Assembly: GCA_016218485.1 (NCBI GenBank)
Contig: JACRDY010000062.1
Span: forward strand, 1 to 53,893
Direction: 5' to 3'
DNA from: Candidatus Falkowbacteria bacterium
GTDB taxonomy: Bacteria; Patescibacteriota; Patescibacteriia; JACRDY01
Length of the DNA stretch: 53,893 nt
Positions 38,111 to 48,433 of this stretch are shown here, piece by piece (position 1 is the first letter of the stretch; every line of letters starts with the position of its first letter). The position numbers and the translations under genes are program-made. The notes below the pieces were generated by a model, which was not told where the DNA came from, searched no databases, and saw nothing but the letters and a program-made list of their open reading frames with translations.

Positions 38111-39496
38111 CTATTTCAGTTTACTAACCTGAATTTGAAACTGCCGAGCGCGGTCTTCTGCGTGAGCGAACAAGCCAAAACTAGCGCAGGCCGGAGACAA
38201 GAGAACGATATCACCCGGTACGGCGAGGGTGGCCGCAACCCGGACCGCACCGGTCATACTGTGTGCCGGGATGATCGCGCCATAGCCAAGCGCCGTTAAC
38301 GCTCGTTTGATTTTCGGACTGGCAGCACCGTCAAACAGCACCACCTGCCTGACAGTTCGCTTGATGAGTTTGGCCAGCTCGCCGAAATCACTTTTCTTGT
38401 CCGCCCCACCAACTAAGAGAATAATATTTTTACCGGACGCTAATGTCTTCAGCGCGCTGATCGTGGCCACGGGCGCGGTGGCCTTAGAATCATTATAGTA
38501 TTTCACGCCTCTGAAAACTCTAATCAGCTCTGTCCGGCTCGGGACGCCCGTGAAACGCCGCAGCACGGTGCGCACCGCGGACAGCGGCAGACGGCTGACT
38601 CGGGCTACCACAATCGCCGCCAAGACATTTTCCAAATTATGCTGACCAATCACCCGTAATGCGTCCGCGCGGATGATCTTCTCTTCTATGTCGTTGTATC
38701 TAAACATTAGCCACCCCGCCCGACAAAACGCGCCGTTCTCTTCGGCGAAATATTTTTTCGAAAACCAAAATCGCTGTGAGGGCACGGCGGCAGCCAGCCG
38801 GCGGCTGTCAGCATTATCCCGATTCAACACCGCCACATCGCCAATGGTTTGAAATTGAAAAATCAGTTCTTTGTCTTTGATGTAATGAGCGTACGAACGG
38901 TACCGATTCAGATGCTCCGGATACAGGTTCGTCAGCACTGACAGGTGTGGACTCAGCCGATGCCGCTCGAGGCCCGCCAGCTGCCACGATGACAGCTCTA
39001 GGATCACCGGCGTCTGGGCAGTAATTTTTTTGAGAAAAGTAAACGGCGAGGCGCTGATGTTACCGGCCACCACCGGCCGTTTTTTGGCCGCCCGGAACAT
39101 TTCCCCCAGTAAGACCACGGTCGTGCTCTTGCCCTTAGAGCCGGTAATACCAATAATCGGCGCAACGCAAGACAGCCAGAAGAGCGCGATATCGGTCTCT
39201 ACCGGCACGTGATGCGCGCGGGCGATTTTTAAATAGGGTGAGGCGTCCGGCACGTCCGGATTTTTGATAATCAAATCCGCGGAACGAAAATCAGACTGAC
39301 GGTGCCGCCCGAGAACATAGGTAATCGGCAAACCGCGCAGCTCCAAAACCGCCGGACGGAGATCTGATTTTTGTTTCAAATCAGTAACCGTAACCTGAGC
39401 CCCCTGCTGCGCCAGCCACCGCGCCACGCCAGAGCCGCCGCCATGGACGCCCAGCCCCATGACCAAAATTTTTTTTCCTTGAAGTGGCTGCAGCAT
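38111..39496 (-). CDS. murD: UDP-MurNAc-L-Ala-D-Glu ligase
   Basis: ITGSKGKSTT, LELSSWQL, YYNDSKAT, LLSPACAS. Confidence 0.94.
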   Translation of the reverse strand: MLQPLQGKKILVMGLGVHGGGSGVARWLAQQGAQVTVTDLKQKSDLRPAVLELRGLPITYVLGRHRQSDFRSADLIIKNPDVPDASPYLKIARAHHVPVETDIALFWLSCVAPIIGITGSKGKSTTVVLLGEMFRAAKKRPVVAGNISASPFTFLKKITAQTPVILELSSWQLAGLERHRLSPHLSVLTNLYPEHLNRYRSYAHYIKDKELIFQFQTIGDVAVLNRDNADSRRLAAAVPSQRFWFSKKYFAEENGAFCRAGWLMFRYNDIEEKIIRADALRVIGQHNLENVLAAIVVARVSRLPLSAVRTVLRRFTGVPSRTELIRVFRGVKYYNDSKATAPVATISALKTLASGKNIILLVGGADKKSDFGELAKLIKRTVRQVVLFDGAASPKIKRALTALGYGAIIPAHSMTGAVRVAATLAVPGDIVLLSPACASFGLFAHAEDRARQFQIQVSKLK

Positions 39497-39503
39497 ACGG
39501 CGA

Positions 39504-40571
39504 TTAGAATGTTCTATCTAAAAGAAAAACGATCAAACCGACCAACGCGGTCACGCTGGAGATCAGCCAAAAACGCATCGTCACCTTGTACGCCGGCCAG
39601 CCCTTGGCCTCATAATGGTGATGAATCGGCGCGATCAGAAAAACCTTGCGGCCGAACAGCCGCTTAGAGACCAGCTGAATAACGTTGGAGGCGATTTCCA
39701 CCAACAAGATAAAGGCAATCAAAGGGAAAATAAAAACGGTATCGGTCAAAAACACCAAAACCGCCAAGGTGGCAGTCAAGCCCAGAATGCCAGTTTCGCT
39801 CATATAGTACCGCGCCGGCGGAATATTGTACCAGAGAAATGCCAAGGTCGCGCCGGCCACCACTGCGCAAAATGTCGCCAAATCATACTGACCGCGGGCA
39901 AAAGCAATGGCTCCGTAGGCGGCAAAAATCGTGGCAAAAACACCGCCGGATAACCCGTCTATTCCATCAATGACGCTGCCGGAAAAAGTAACCAGCATCA
40001 CCACGATAAAGAGCGGGATATACCAGAGACCAATCACCCAATCCCCGACAAACGGCACGTGCACCGCGTCCCAACCTAACTTGTAGTAAAACCATGAAGC
40101 GCCCAGGAGACCGATCAAGGCTACCAAGAGCGCCCGGTGGCGAAAACGAATACCGGCGCCTTTGTGCTGCTCACCCACGCCCCGGATAACGAGAATATCA
40201 TCCACCAAACCCAAGAGTGCCGCCGCTGCCAAGGTAAACAAGGGAATCCACGTCTGTGAACGATTGACAAAATTAAATCCCGCCAAAAAACTGTCCGGGA
40301 ATATTGCGGCGAGCACCCAGAGTATGAACGCGATCAGGAGTACCGTGCCCCAGATGAGCAAACCGCCGAGCCGCGGCGTCTTGACTTCACGATCTTTGTG
40401 GAGCGCATGAAACAGTGGCGTGGCGCTGCCGTCAGGAGCGACCGTACGAGCGGTCTTTTTCCAACACCGGTAGGTATACAGAAAATGCGTCAGGAGCGGT
40501 GAGATTAAAAAGGCGACAAAAAATGCCACTGCCGCCAATACTCCCAACCGAATAACATAAAAATCAATCAT
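39504..40571 (-). CDS. mraY: Phospho-MurNAc-pentapeptide transferase
   Basis: KTPRLGG, GLVDD, DGIDGL, APIHHHYE. Confidence 0.92.
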   Translation of the reverse strand: MIDFYVIRLGVLAAVAFFVAFLISPLLTHFLYTYRCWKKTARTVAPDGSATPLFHALHKDREVKTPRLGGLLIWGTVLLIAFILWVLAAIFPDSFLAGFNFVNRSQTWIPLFTLAAAALLGLVDDILVIRGVGEQHKGAGIRFRHRALLVALIGLLGASWFYYKLGWDAVHVPFVGDWVIGLWYIPLFIVVMLVTFSGSVIDGIDGLSGGVFATIFAAYGAIAFARGQYDLATFCAVVAGATLAFLWYNIPPARYYMSETGILGLTATLAVLVFLTDTVFIFPLIAFILLVEIASNVIQLVSKRLFGRKVFLIAPIHHHYEAKGWPAYKVTMRFWLISSVTALVGLIVFLLDRTF

Positions 40572-40583
40572 ACGGTAGTTAAA

Positions 40584-40676
40584 ATAGTTACACTGTTACA
40601 TTGCTACATTGCTACATTGTTATTTATAGCAACGAACAGTGCGGCAATTTGGCAATGTAGCAATGTAACCATCTCA
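40584..40676. repeat. Mirror-microsatellite element, 8-mer ACATTGCT (empty-site paralogue of 25722-26013)
   Basis: ctacattgttatttatagcaacgaacagtgcggcaatttggcaatgtagcaatgtaaccatctc. Confidence 0.88.
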
Positions 40677-41069
40677 TTATAAATTAATCCAAACCAGCAA
40701 GCTGCCGCCTAAGAGCAAGAGCGCGGTCATCAGTGCGGTCACCCCGCCCAAGAGGTACGCGGCCAGACGCTGCTCTTGATAAAAAACCAAGGCCAGAACG
40801 ACATTGACCAGCCAGAGAAACGTCCCGACCGCCGGCGTCAGGTACAGCGAATACCAAGAACCGATCAGGTCAATGCCGAAATACACCGAGTAGTGCAAAA
40901 CCAGCGGATCAGCTGACGGTTTGACCAGCAAGTAGAGTACCAGATAGAGCACACAATTCAATACCAGCGCGAACAAAAATAACAGCAACAAAAGACGATC
41001 TTGCAAAAAAATTAAATTCAGCCGAGCCTTAATACCGTGGCTCCACAGGCTTAACCGGGTCAGTGGCAT
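40677..41069 (-). CDS. Membrane protein (3 TM) upstream of mraY
   Basis: LVLHYSVYFGIDLIGSW motif between TM segments. Confidence 0.75.
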   Translation of the reverse strand: MPLTRLSLWSHGIKARLNLIFLQDRLLLLLFLFALVLNCVLYLVLYLLVKPSADPLVLHYSVYFGIDLIGSWYSLYLTPAVGTFLWLVNVVLALVFYQEQRLAAYLLGGVTALMTALLLLGGSLLVWINL

Positions 41070-41161
41070 AGATGTAGCTGACTATACCACACTTTTGCTT
41101 TTTTTAAAAGATGGTTTTGTGATATACTATTTAAGTATATTCACCAATAAAAGCCACGGGT

Positions 41162-42913
41162 ATGCTCAACCAAACATTGGTACAAGAAGTTGTCCTCGAT
41201 AATAAGATTGTTGAGCGCGCCGCGCTGCCGGAGATGATCCGGAAGGCCGAAGCGGCACAGACGCCGCTGGAGCAGTATTTGATTGACCAGCATCTCACTA
41301 CGGAAGCGGACCTGCACCAGGCAATAGCCAAAAAACTCAACCTGCCATTCATTGACCTTGAGCAGAATGTTATTGATCCGGCGGCGGTCCAGCTCATCCC
41401 GGAAAACGTGGCGCAGAAACACCATTTGGTTGGCTTTGCCAAAGACGACGCCGTGCTCAAAATCGCCACCACCAACCCCGAAGATCTGCAAACTTTGGAA
41501 TTCATTCGCCGGACTACCGGCTTAGAAATCGCGCTCCACTATACCACTCCGTCATCGCTCCACAACGCACTGACCGTTTACCACCAGGACATCCGAGCTG
41601 AATTTCAAGATCTGGCCAAGACGGTCAGCCACATAGACCTGTCCGCCAGCGGCCAACCAGAAAGCAGTGAACAGAACCAACTCAAAAAATTGGCCAGCGA
41701 ATTGCCGATTATAAAAATCGTTGACACGCTCCTGCAGTACGCGATTATTGAAGGAGCGTCAGACATCCATATTGAACCCACGGAACAGGAAGTCATTGTC
41801 CGCTACCGCATTGATGGCATACTGCAAGATGCGATGAATCTGCCGCTGGATACTCGCGACGGGATCATCGCCAGAATCAAGGTGCTGTCAAACCTAAAAA
41901 TTGATGAGAAACGGTTGCCGCAAGATGGTCGTTTTAAAATCCTGGAGAAAGGAGAAAAAATTTCTTTCCGCGTCTCAGCGCTCCCCGTCTATGATGGGGA
42001 AAAAGTGGTCCTGCGCCTGCTCCATGAGGGCAGCCAAGCCATCGGTCTGGAAAAACTCGGCTGGCAGCCCGAAGCGCTGGAAGTGGTCCAACGCAATATC
42101 AAAAAACCCCACGGCCTGATCCTCGTCACCGGCCCGACCGGCAGCGGCAAAACCACGACGCTCTACACCATCGTGCAGCAGCTTAATACGGCCAAAGTCA
42201 ATATCTGCACGATTGAAGATCCGATTGAGTACCGCATGCCGCGCATTAACCAGAGCCAGGTTAATCCAAAAATTGGTTTCAGTTTCGCCGCCGGTCTGCG
42301 GGCGCTGCTGCGCCAGGATCCCGACATTATCATGGTCGGCGAAATCCGTGATGAAGAAACCGCAGAAATCGCTATCAATGCCGCCATGACCGGTCACCTG
42401 GTACTCTCGACGCTGCACACCAATGACGCGGCCACCACCCTGCCGCGCCTGGCCGACATGCAGGTGCCCGCCTTCCTCATCGCCTCCACCACCAATATCG
42501 TCATCGCCCAGCGGCTGGTCAGAAAAATCTGCAGTAAGTGCATCACCACCTACACCTTGGACGCTCAGGCAATCGCCGAGCTCAAAAAACAATTTGCCAT
42601 TGAAGAAATGTTCGCCGATCTCCAACGCTCCGGACGGATCACAGCGGATCAGACAATAGAAAAAATGAACTTTTCCAAAGGCCAAGGCTGCGCGCACTGC
42701 CACAATTCCGGCTACAAAGGCCGGATCGGTATCTACGAAGTACTGGAAATCACCCCTGCCATCTCCGCGCTTATTTTGCAAAATGCCGGCAAAGACGCCA
42801 TCAACGCGGTAGCGCGAGAGCACGGCATGGTCACCATCCTGGAAGACGGCTTCATGAAAGTGCAGCAGGGCATCACCACCATTGAAGAGGTGCTGCGGGT
42901 GACTAAAGAATAA
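41162..42913 (+). CDS. pilB: Type IV pilus assembly ATPase PilB/GspE
   Basis: ASDIHIEP, RLPQDG, GPTGSGKT, LRQDPD, TGHLVLSTLHTN, two CxxC. Confidence 0.93.
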   Translation: MLNQTLVQEVVLDNKIVERAALPEMIRKAEAAQTPLEQYLIDQHLTTEADLHQAIAKKLNLPFIDLEQNVIDPAAVQLIPENVAQKHHLVGFAKDDAVLKIATTNPEDLQTLEFIRRTTGLEIALHYTTPSSLHNALTVYHQDIRAEFQDLAKTVSHIDLSASGQPESSEQNQLKKLASELPIIKIVDTLLQYAIIEGASDIHIEPTEQEVIVRYRIDGILQDAMNLPLDTRDGIIARIKVLSNLKIDEKRLPQDGRFKILEKGEKISFRVSALPVYDGEKVVLRLLHEGSQAIGLEKLGWQPEALEVVQRNIKKPHGLILVTGPTGSGKTTTLYTIVQQLNTAKVNICTIEDPIEYRMPRINQSQVNPKIGFSFAAGLRALLRQDPDIIMVGEIRDEETAEIAINAAMTGHLVLSTLHTNDAATTLPRLADMQVPAFLIASTTNIVIAQRLVRKICSKCITTYTLDAQAIAELKKQFAIEEMFADLQRSGRITADQTIEKMNFSKGQGCAHCHNSGYKGRIGIYEVLEITPAISALILQNAGKDAINAVAREHGMVTILEDGFMKVQQGITTIEEVLRVTKE

Positions 42914-42975
42914 GCTACCACCAATGATATATGCCTGCCCTGGCTTGGTAAAATCAAACGATGGAGGAGGAAACA

Positions 42976-43043
42976 GTTGAAAGTTATAAAGTTGAAAGTA
43001 CGGAATTTTTAACTTTATAACTTTCAACTTTATAACTTTCAAC
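42976..43043. repeat. Mirror-microsatellite element, unit AAAGTT(AT/G), between pilB and pilC
   Basis: Perfect 24-bp IR 42976-42999 / 43020-43043; ends 2 nt before the ATG. Confidence 0.92.
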
Positions 43044-43045
43044 AT

Positions 43046-44128
43046 ATGGCCAACCCTCTCAAACGGCTCAACCAATGGTTCAGCATGATCCAAGGCGTCC
43101 CGCTGTCACAAAAAATATTTTTCGTTCAAAATCTCCAGGTGATGATTAAAGCCGGCCTGCCGCTGGCCCAAGCGCTCAACGCGCTGACGGCGCAGAGCAC
43201 GAATGCCAAACTGAAACGGATCACGCTCGACGCCTACCAGCAGATAGAAGCCGGCCAGACACTGTCAACGGTCTTGGCCAAGTACCCGCGGGTCTTCCCG
43301 AAAGTCTTCATTGCTATGATTAGAGCGGCGGAAGTCTCGGGTAATCTAGAAAATATCCTCGGGCAGCTCGTCATCCAGATGAAGAAAGACTACGAGCTGA
43401 TCAGTAAAGTTAAAGGCGCCATGACCTACCCGGTGGTCGTGCTCATCGCCATGATCGGTATCGGCATCGGGATGATGATCTTTGTTATCCCTAAAATCAC
43501 CAGCATTTTCACGGAAATGGCAGCGCAGCTGCCGCTGCCGACGCGTCTGCTGATTGGCCTTAGTAATTTCGTCAACTATCACGGTATCATCACCGGCGCA
43601 ATCGTCATCATACTGACTGCGGCCGTGGTCATCTTCATCCGTCACCCGCGCGGCCAATACCTCTTCCACCGCCTGCTGCTGCACAGCCCGGTCATTGGAC
43701 CGATTATCAAAAAAATTAACCTGGCGCGATTCGCCCGCACGTTGAACTCGCTAATCAAAACCGATATCCCGATCGTCCAGTCATTCCAGATCACCGCCCA
43801 TGTGGTCGGCAATCTCATCTACCGCGAAATCATCACCGCCACCGGCCGCGAGCTCAAAACCGGCTCCACTATCAATGCTCCGCTCAGTCAACACGCCGAC
43901 CTCTTCCCGCCGGTGGTGACACAGATGATCCAGGTTGGAGAACAATCGGGTAACCTGGAAGAGCTGTTTGATGAGCTGGCGACGTTTTATGAAAATGACG
44001 TACACGAAACCATGAATAACCTCTCCTCAATCATTGAGCCGGTGCTAATCGTCATCCTCGGTATCGCGGTCGCGGCTATGGCTATCGCCATCATCATGCC
44101 TATGTATTCACTCACTTCGCAAATTTAA
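43046..44128 (+). CDS. pilC: Type IV pilus platform protein PilC/GspF
   Basis: AGLPL…AAEVSGNL…AMTYP…VGEQSGNL…IEP. Confidence 0.92.
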   Translation: MANPLKRLNQWFSMIQGVPLSQKIFFVQNLQVMIKAGLPLAQALNALTAQSTNAKLKRITLDAYQQIEAGQTLSTVLAKYPRVFPKVFIAMIRAAEVSGNLENILGQLVIQMKKDYELISKVKGAMTYPVVVLIAMIGIGIGMMIFVIPKITSIFTEMAAQLPLPTRLLIGLSNFVNYHGIITGAIVIILTAAVVIFIRHPRGQYLFHRLLLHSPVIGPIIKKINLARFARTLNSLIKTDIPIVQSFQITAHVVGNLIYREIITATGRELKTGSTINAPLSQHADLFPPVVTQMIQVGEQSGNLEELFDELATFYENDVHETMNNLSSIIEPVLIVILGIAVAAMAIAIIMPMYSLTSQI

Positions 44129-44129
44129 T

Positions 44130-46286
44130 ATGCGCAGTCGCGGCACCACACTCGTTGAAGTGGTGGTAGCAATCTCCATACTGGCTATTCTTAGTCTTGG
44201 CATCTACGGGGCCTTTGATCTTTTTTTTCAAGTGCTGGCGAATAAGAAAAACCGCACGGAAGCCCTGGCGATCGCCAATGAAAAAATGGAAATACTCCGC
44301 ACCATGCCCTATGCCGACATCGGCACCATCGGCGGCATCCCTCCGGGTAGCCTGCTGCAGACCGAAACCGTCACCCGCAACCATACCGACTTTACTGTAC
44401 TCCTCCAGGTGGCCTATGTTGACGATCCGTTTGATGGCACCCTGGGCGGTATTCCCGATGATCTCCTGAATACTGACTATAAACGAGCGCGAGTGACCGT
44501 CTCGTGGCAGAGCCCCTTTGGCGTCACTACCCTGTATCTCTTGAGTGACATCGCCCCGCGCGGCATAGAGAGCGCGCTAGCGGGAGGTACGCTCGCCATC
44601 AAGGTCTTTGATGCCAATGGCCTGCCGGTCGAGGGGGCGACCGTGAATATTGTGAACGCGAGCCTGACGCCAGCCATCGCCATCACGACGCCAACCGACA
44701 GCCAGGGAAAAACGACCTTCCCCGGCGCCCCCGAAAGTATTGAGGGCTACCACATCACAGTCAGCAAAACCGGCTATTCTACTGACCAAACCTACGCCCG
44801 CACCGCCGACATGCCGCAGCCGCTCCAGCCGGATATTACTGTCCTGGATCAGGAGCTGACCGAGGCGAGTTTCTTCATTGACCGGGTCAGCACGCTCGCT
44901 ATCACCACCTATTCCACCACGTGGACTGACAACTGGCGCGTGAACACCGACAGCGGTTCAGCCGAACAGACACGTCCGGCCGTCACAACGGGTAACAGTA
45001 ATAACCTGTATGTCTCCTGGCAAGATGACCGCCAGGGCAGTAGTACCAAAATTTACGCCCAAAAATATAATAGTAATTTAGTAGCTCAATGGAGCGGTGA
45101 TGTTGTCATCAGTACGGCCAATAATCAATCGCATCCGAGCATGACGAGTGACTCCGGTGGCTACACCTACATTGCCTGGCAAGACGACCGTAACGGCAAT
45201 CAAGACGTCTATCTCCTCAAAATCAACGGCGGCGGCATTGACGTCTGGAACGGACCAAAAAAGCTCAACACCGACGCGACATCGGCTGATCAAACAGCGC
45301 CGGCTATCGTCTGGCAAGACGACGCCGTCTACGCCGCTTGGACTGATGAACGTTCCGGGAACAGCGATATTTACTTAACCAAAATTGATAGCGACAAAAC
45401 CGCGCTCTGGCCCAGTGAGGTGCTGATGCATAGCAATAGCAGCGCCGATCAAACCAGCCCGCGGCTGATCGGGCTGGATGATGCCATCTATGTCACCTGG
45501 GTAGACAATCGTAATGGTAACGCCGACATTTACCTGCAGCACATTGACGAGGCCGGCCAACGGCAGTGGCCCGATGACCTCAAGGTCAACCGCGACAGCA
45601 ACAGCGCCGATCAGCTCAACCCGAGCGTGACGACAGATGGAGAGAATCTCTATATCGCCTGGGTTGACTACCGCAGCGGCAGCGCTGACATTTACCTGCA
45701 GAAAATTTCACCTGACGGCAGCCTGCTCTGGAGCGCCGATCAATTGGCCAGCGATGAGGGAACACTCGCCACTGCCACCATGCCCCAGGTAGTCATGAAC
45801 AACGGCGACCTCTATCTCGTGTGGACTGACAGCCGCAACGGCAATAACGACATCTATACACAAAAATTCAATACCGACGGTACGGCAGTCTGGGCCAGCA
45901 GCCTCAAAGTCAACGATGATCTCGCTGGCGCTGACCAGACGCAACCGGCCATCGTGGTCAAACCAAACGGCACCATCACCTATGCCTGGGCTGATGACCG
46001 CAATGGCGACTATGATATTTTTGCCAGTGGCCACGCCGGCTCGGCGCCAACACCATTGGGGAACGTACCCCTGACCATCACCGGATCCAAACGCATCTCC
46101 GACAATCCAGAAATCCATAAATACCAAACGAGCCTCACCACCAACGTTCAAGGTACGGCTACCCTCAATAACCTAGAGTGGGATAGCTACGACCTCGGCG
46201 ACCTGTCAGTCGCCAACGCCGACCCCGCCCTGCCCTTTGTGCTCCTGCCCGGCACTGCCCAAACACTAAAACTCTATTTCCCCTAA
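44130..46286 (+). CDS. Large prepilin-like protein with repeated W-x-D-x-R-x-G-x-x-D-I-Y modules
   Basis: Class III signal G|TTLVE; about six repeats that probably form a beta-propeller. Confidence 0.85.
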   Translation: MRSRGTTLVEVVVAISILAILSLGIYGAFDLFFQVLANKKNRTEALAIANEKMEILRTMPYADIGTIGGIPPGSLLQTETVTRNHTDFTVLLQVAYVDDPFDGTLGGIPDDLLNTDYKRARVTVSWQSPFGVTTLYLLSDIAPRGIESALAGGTLAIKVFDANGLPVEGATVNIVNASLTPAIAITTPTDSQGKTTFPGAPESIEGYHITVSKTGYSTDQTYARTADMPQPLQPDITVLDQELTEASFFIDRVSTLAITTYSTTWTDNWRVNTDSGSAEQTRPAVTTGNSNNLYVSWQDDRQGSSTKIYAQKYNSNLVAQWSGDVVISTANNQSHPSMTSDSGGYTYIAWQDDRNGNQDVYLLKINGGGIDVWNGPKKLNTDATSADQTAPAIVWQDDAVYAAWTDERSGNSDIYLTKIDSDKTALWPSEVLMHSNSSADQTSPRLIGLDDAIYVTWVDNRNGNADIYLQHIDEAGQRQWPDDLKVNRDSNSADQLNPSVTTDGENLYIAWVDYRSGSADIYLQKISPDGSLLWSADQLASDEGTLATATMPQVVMNNGDLYLVWTDSRNGNNDIYTQKFNTDGTAVWASSLKVNDDLAGADQTQPAIVVKPNGTITYAWADDRNGDYDIFASGHAGSAPTPLGNVPLTITGSKRISDNPEIHKYQTSLTTNVQGTATLNNLEWDSYDLGDLSVANADPALPFVLLPGTAQTLKLYFP

Positions 46287-46288
46287 GC

Positions 46289-46894
46289 ATGCGGCGCCCA
46301 ACCCCACAACACGGTTTCACCCTCCTGGAAACGCTCATGGCCCTCGCTATTTTCGCCACGGTGGTCATCTTGGCGAGCACCTTCGTGATCAAAAGTTACC
46401 AAGCGTCAAATTTCGGACAAGAACAGAATGAGGCGATTGAGAACGCGCGGCGCGGCATTGAAACGATGATTAAGGAAATCCGCGCCAGCGGTCAGAGCGA
46501 CGAGGGCGGCTATATCATCCTGACGAACGAACCGCAATCACTGACGTTCTACAGCGATATTGATAAAGACACAGTACTGGAGCAAATCCACTACTGGCTG
46601 GATGGCACTGATTTTAAAAAGGGCGTCATTGAACCCAATGCGGAGAACCAATACTTGGCCGAAAATGCCACTGTCACGATTCTCTCCCGCTATGTCCGCA
46701 ATGCCGACACGCCGATCTTTACCTATTATGGCGGTGACTACCCCGCGGTGGCCCTGCCATACGAACCGGTCATGATTGATAATATCCGCCTGATCAACAT
46801 TTACCTGGAAGTCAACGTTGATCCGAGTAAAGCGCCACGCAGCTATATCCTTGAGTCTAAAGCAAACATCCGCACCCTGAAAGATAACCTGTAG
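46289..46894 (+). CDS. Prepilin (minor pilin, PilW-like)
   Basis: HG|FTLLE N-terminus. Confidence 0.88.
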   Translation: MRRPTPQHGFTLLETLMALAIFATVVILASTFVIKSYQASNFGQEQNEAIENARRGIETMIKEIRASGQSDEGGYIILTNEPQSLTFYSDIDKDTVLEQIHYWLDGTDFKKGVIEPNAENQYLAENATVTILSRYVRNADTPIFTYYGGDYPAVALPYEPVMIDNIRLINIYLEVNVDPSKAPRSYILESKANIRTLKDNL

Positions 46895-46900
46895 TCAGCT

Positions 46901-48409
46901 ATGAACACTGGGCAACACAACCAACAAGGCAGTATTCTCATGTTTACCCTTGTCTTCACCACCGTCTTCATCACTATCCTTAGCGGTATGATTGGGCTCG
47001 TCTTGATGCAGCAACGGGTGATGGACCGTACCGTCGCCTCGGAAAAATCTCTCAATATCGCCGAGGCCGGCATTGACTACTACCGCTGGCACTTGGCGCA
47101 CAGCCTCAATGACTATGCCGATGGCACCGGACAAGAGGGTTGTAACCCCTGCGGCCCATACCACCACAGCTATAGTGACCCCTGGGGCACCGTCATCGGC
47201 TCCTACGACATCACTATCACGCCGCCGGCCGAGGGTTCTGATGTCGTCACCATTACCGCGCTGGGGCAGCTGGATGATTTCCCCAATCAAACACGAACGG
47301 TGACGGCGCAATTCCGCCGCCCCTCGCTCGTCAAGTATATGGTCGTCGCCAATGACAATATGCGTTTTGGCAGCGACACGGACGTCTACGGAGAAATACA
47401 CAGTAATGGCGGGGTACGTTTTGACGGCACCGCACACAATGTCGTTTCCTCCGCCCGAACCACCTACACTGATCCGGACGGCGCCGGTCTCTGCACCAGT
47501 AACCCGGAGAATCCGAACGAGTGCCCCGGCGTCTGGACGGCCCAAGCAGACCCTAATGCGGTTTTCTTGGCCGGCACCGACTACCCCACCGCGCCGGTGG
47601 ACTTCAATGGCATCACCGCCGACCTGTCTAATCTGAAAACGTTAGCGCTCGGTAACGCTACCAAAATCAACAGCTACCTGTGGGTCGGCGACGGCATTTA
47701 CCTAGAGGCTTCAGGAAAACCCGGATATTTGCTACAATTCAAAGTGGTCGGGCCAACGACACTCTTGGATATCTACCGCGTCAAACAAACCTACGCTGAC
47801 TGCAGCTGGTCCTCGGGCGGCCTAGCCTACAGCGCGGCCAAAAACAGCATCTCCAGCGTCTACTCAAGTGCGGTGGCCACCAATGTAACCATGCCCAGTA
47901 ACGGCATCATCTTTGTGGAAGATAACTTTTGGGTTCAAGGCAGCATCGCGAATGCCCGCGTTACCGTAGTGGCCGCCAGCTTCCCTGAAACCCCTTCAAC
48001 CAACAAAAATATTTATATCAACAACGACATCACCTATGCCGGTGATTATGAGACGACCAAGGCGACCACAACGTTGGGGCTGATCGCGCAAAACGACATT
48101 ACCATCGGTCTCTACAGTGAAGATGATCTGGCGATTGACGCCGCGCTCTTGGCCCAGCAAGGCCGGATCGGTCGGCTCTACTACCCCAGCGTCTGCAGCA
48201 GCACCTCCTATAAACGGAACAGCATCACCATCCGTGGCGCCATGGCCACCTACAATCGGTACGGCTTTAGCTGGGTCTGCGGCGGCAGCTGGTGCTCCGG
48301 CTACCACTACCGCAATCTCCTTTTCAATGATACCCTGCGCAGCGCTCCGCCACCCTACTACCCGGTCGCCGGCGAGTACACCTTTCTCAATTGGAAAGAA
48401 GTACAATGA
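46901..48409 (+). CDS. PilX-like minor pilin
   Basis: QQG|SILMF lacking Glu5, SLNIAEAGI motif. Confidence 0.82.
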   Translation: MNTGQHNQQGSILMFTLVFTTVFITILSGMIGLVLMQQRVMDRTVASEKSLNIAEAGIDYYRWHLAHSLNDYADGTGQEGCNPCGPYHHSYSDPWGTVIGSYDITITPPAEGSDVVTITALGQLDDFPNQTRTVTAQFRRPSLVKYMVVANDNMRFGSDTDVYGEIHSNGGVRFDGTAHNVVSSARTTYTDPDGAGLCTSNPENPNECPGVWTAQADPNAVFLAGTDYPTAPVDFNGITADLSNLKTLALGNATKINSYLWVGDGIYLEASGKPGYLLQFKVVGPTTLLDIYRVKQTYADCSWSSGGLAYSAAKNSISSVYSSAVATNVTMPSNGIIFVEDNFWVQGSIANARVTVVAASFPETPSTNKNIYINNDITYAGDYETTKATTTLGLIAQNDITIGLYSEDDLAIDAALLAQQGRIGRLYYPSVCSSTSYKRNSITIRGAMATYNRYGFSWVCGGSWCSGYHYRNLLFNDTLRSAPPPYYPVAGEYTFLNWKEVQ

Positions 48410-48433
48410 GCTGGTTAATCATCTCAATAACCT

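Noticed and set aside
44930..46030. Repeats in the large pilin as a DGR template/variable pair
   Set aside because: Protein-level repeats with general divergence; no adenine-specific pattern is visible and there is no reverse transcriptase in the window
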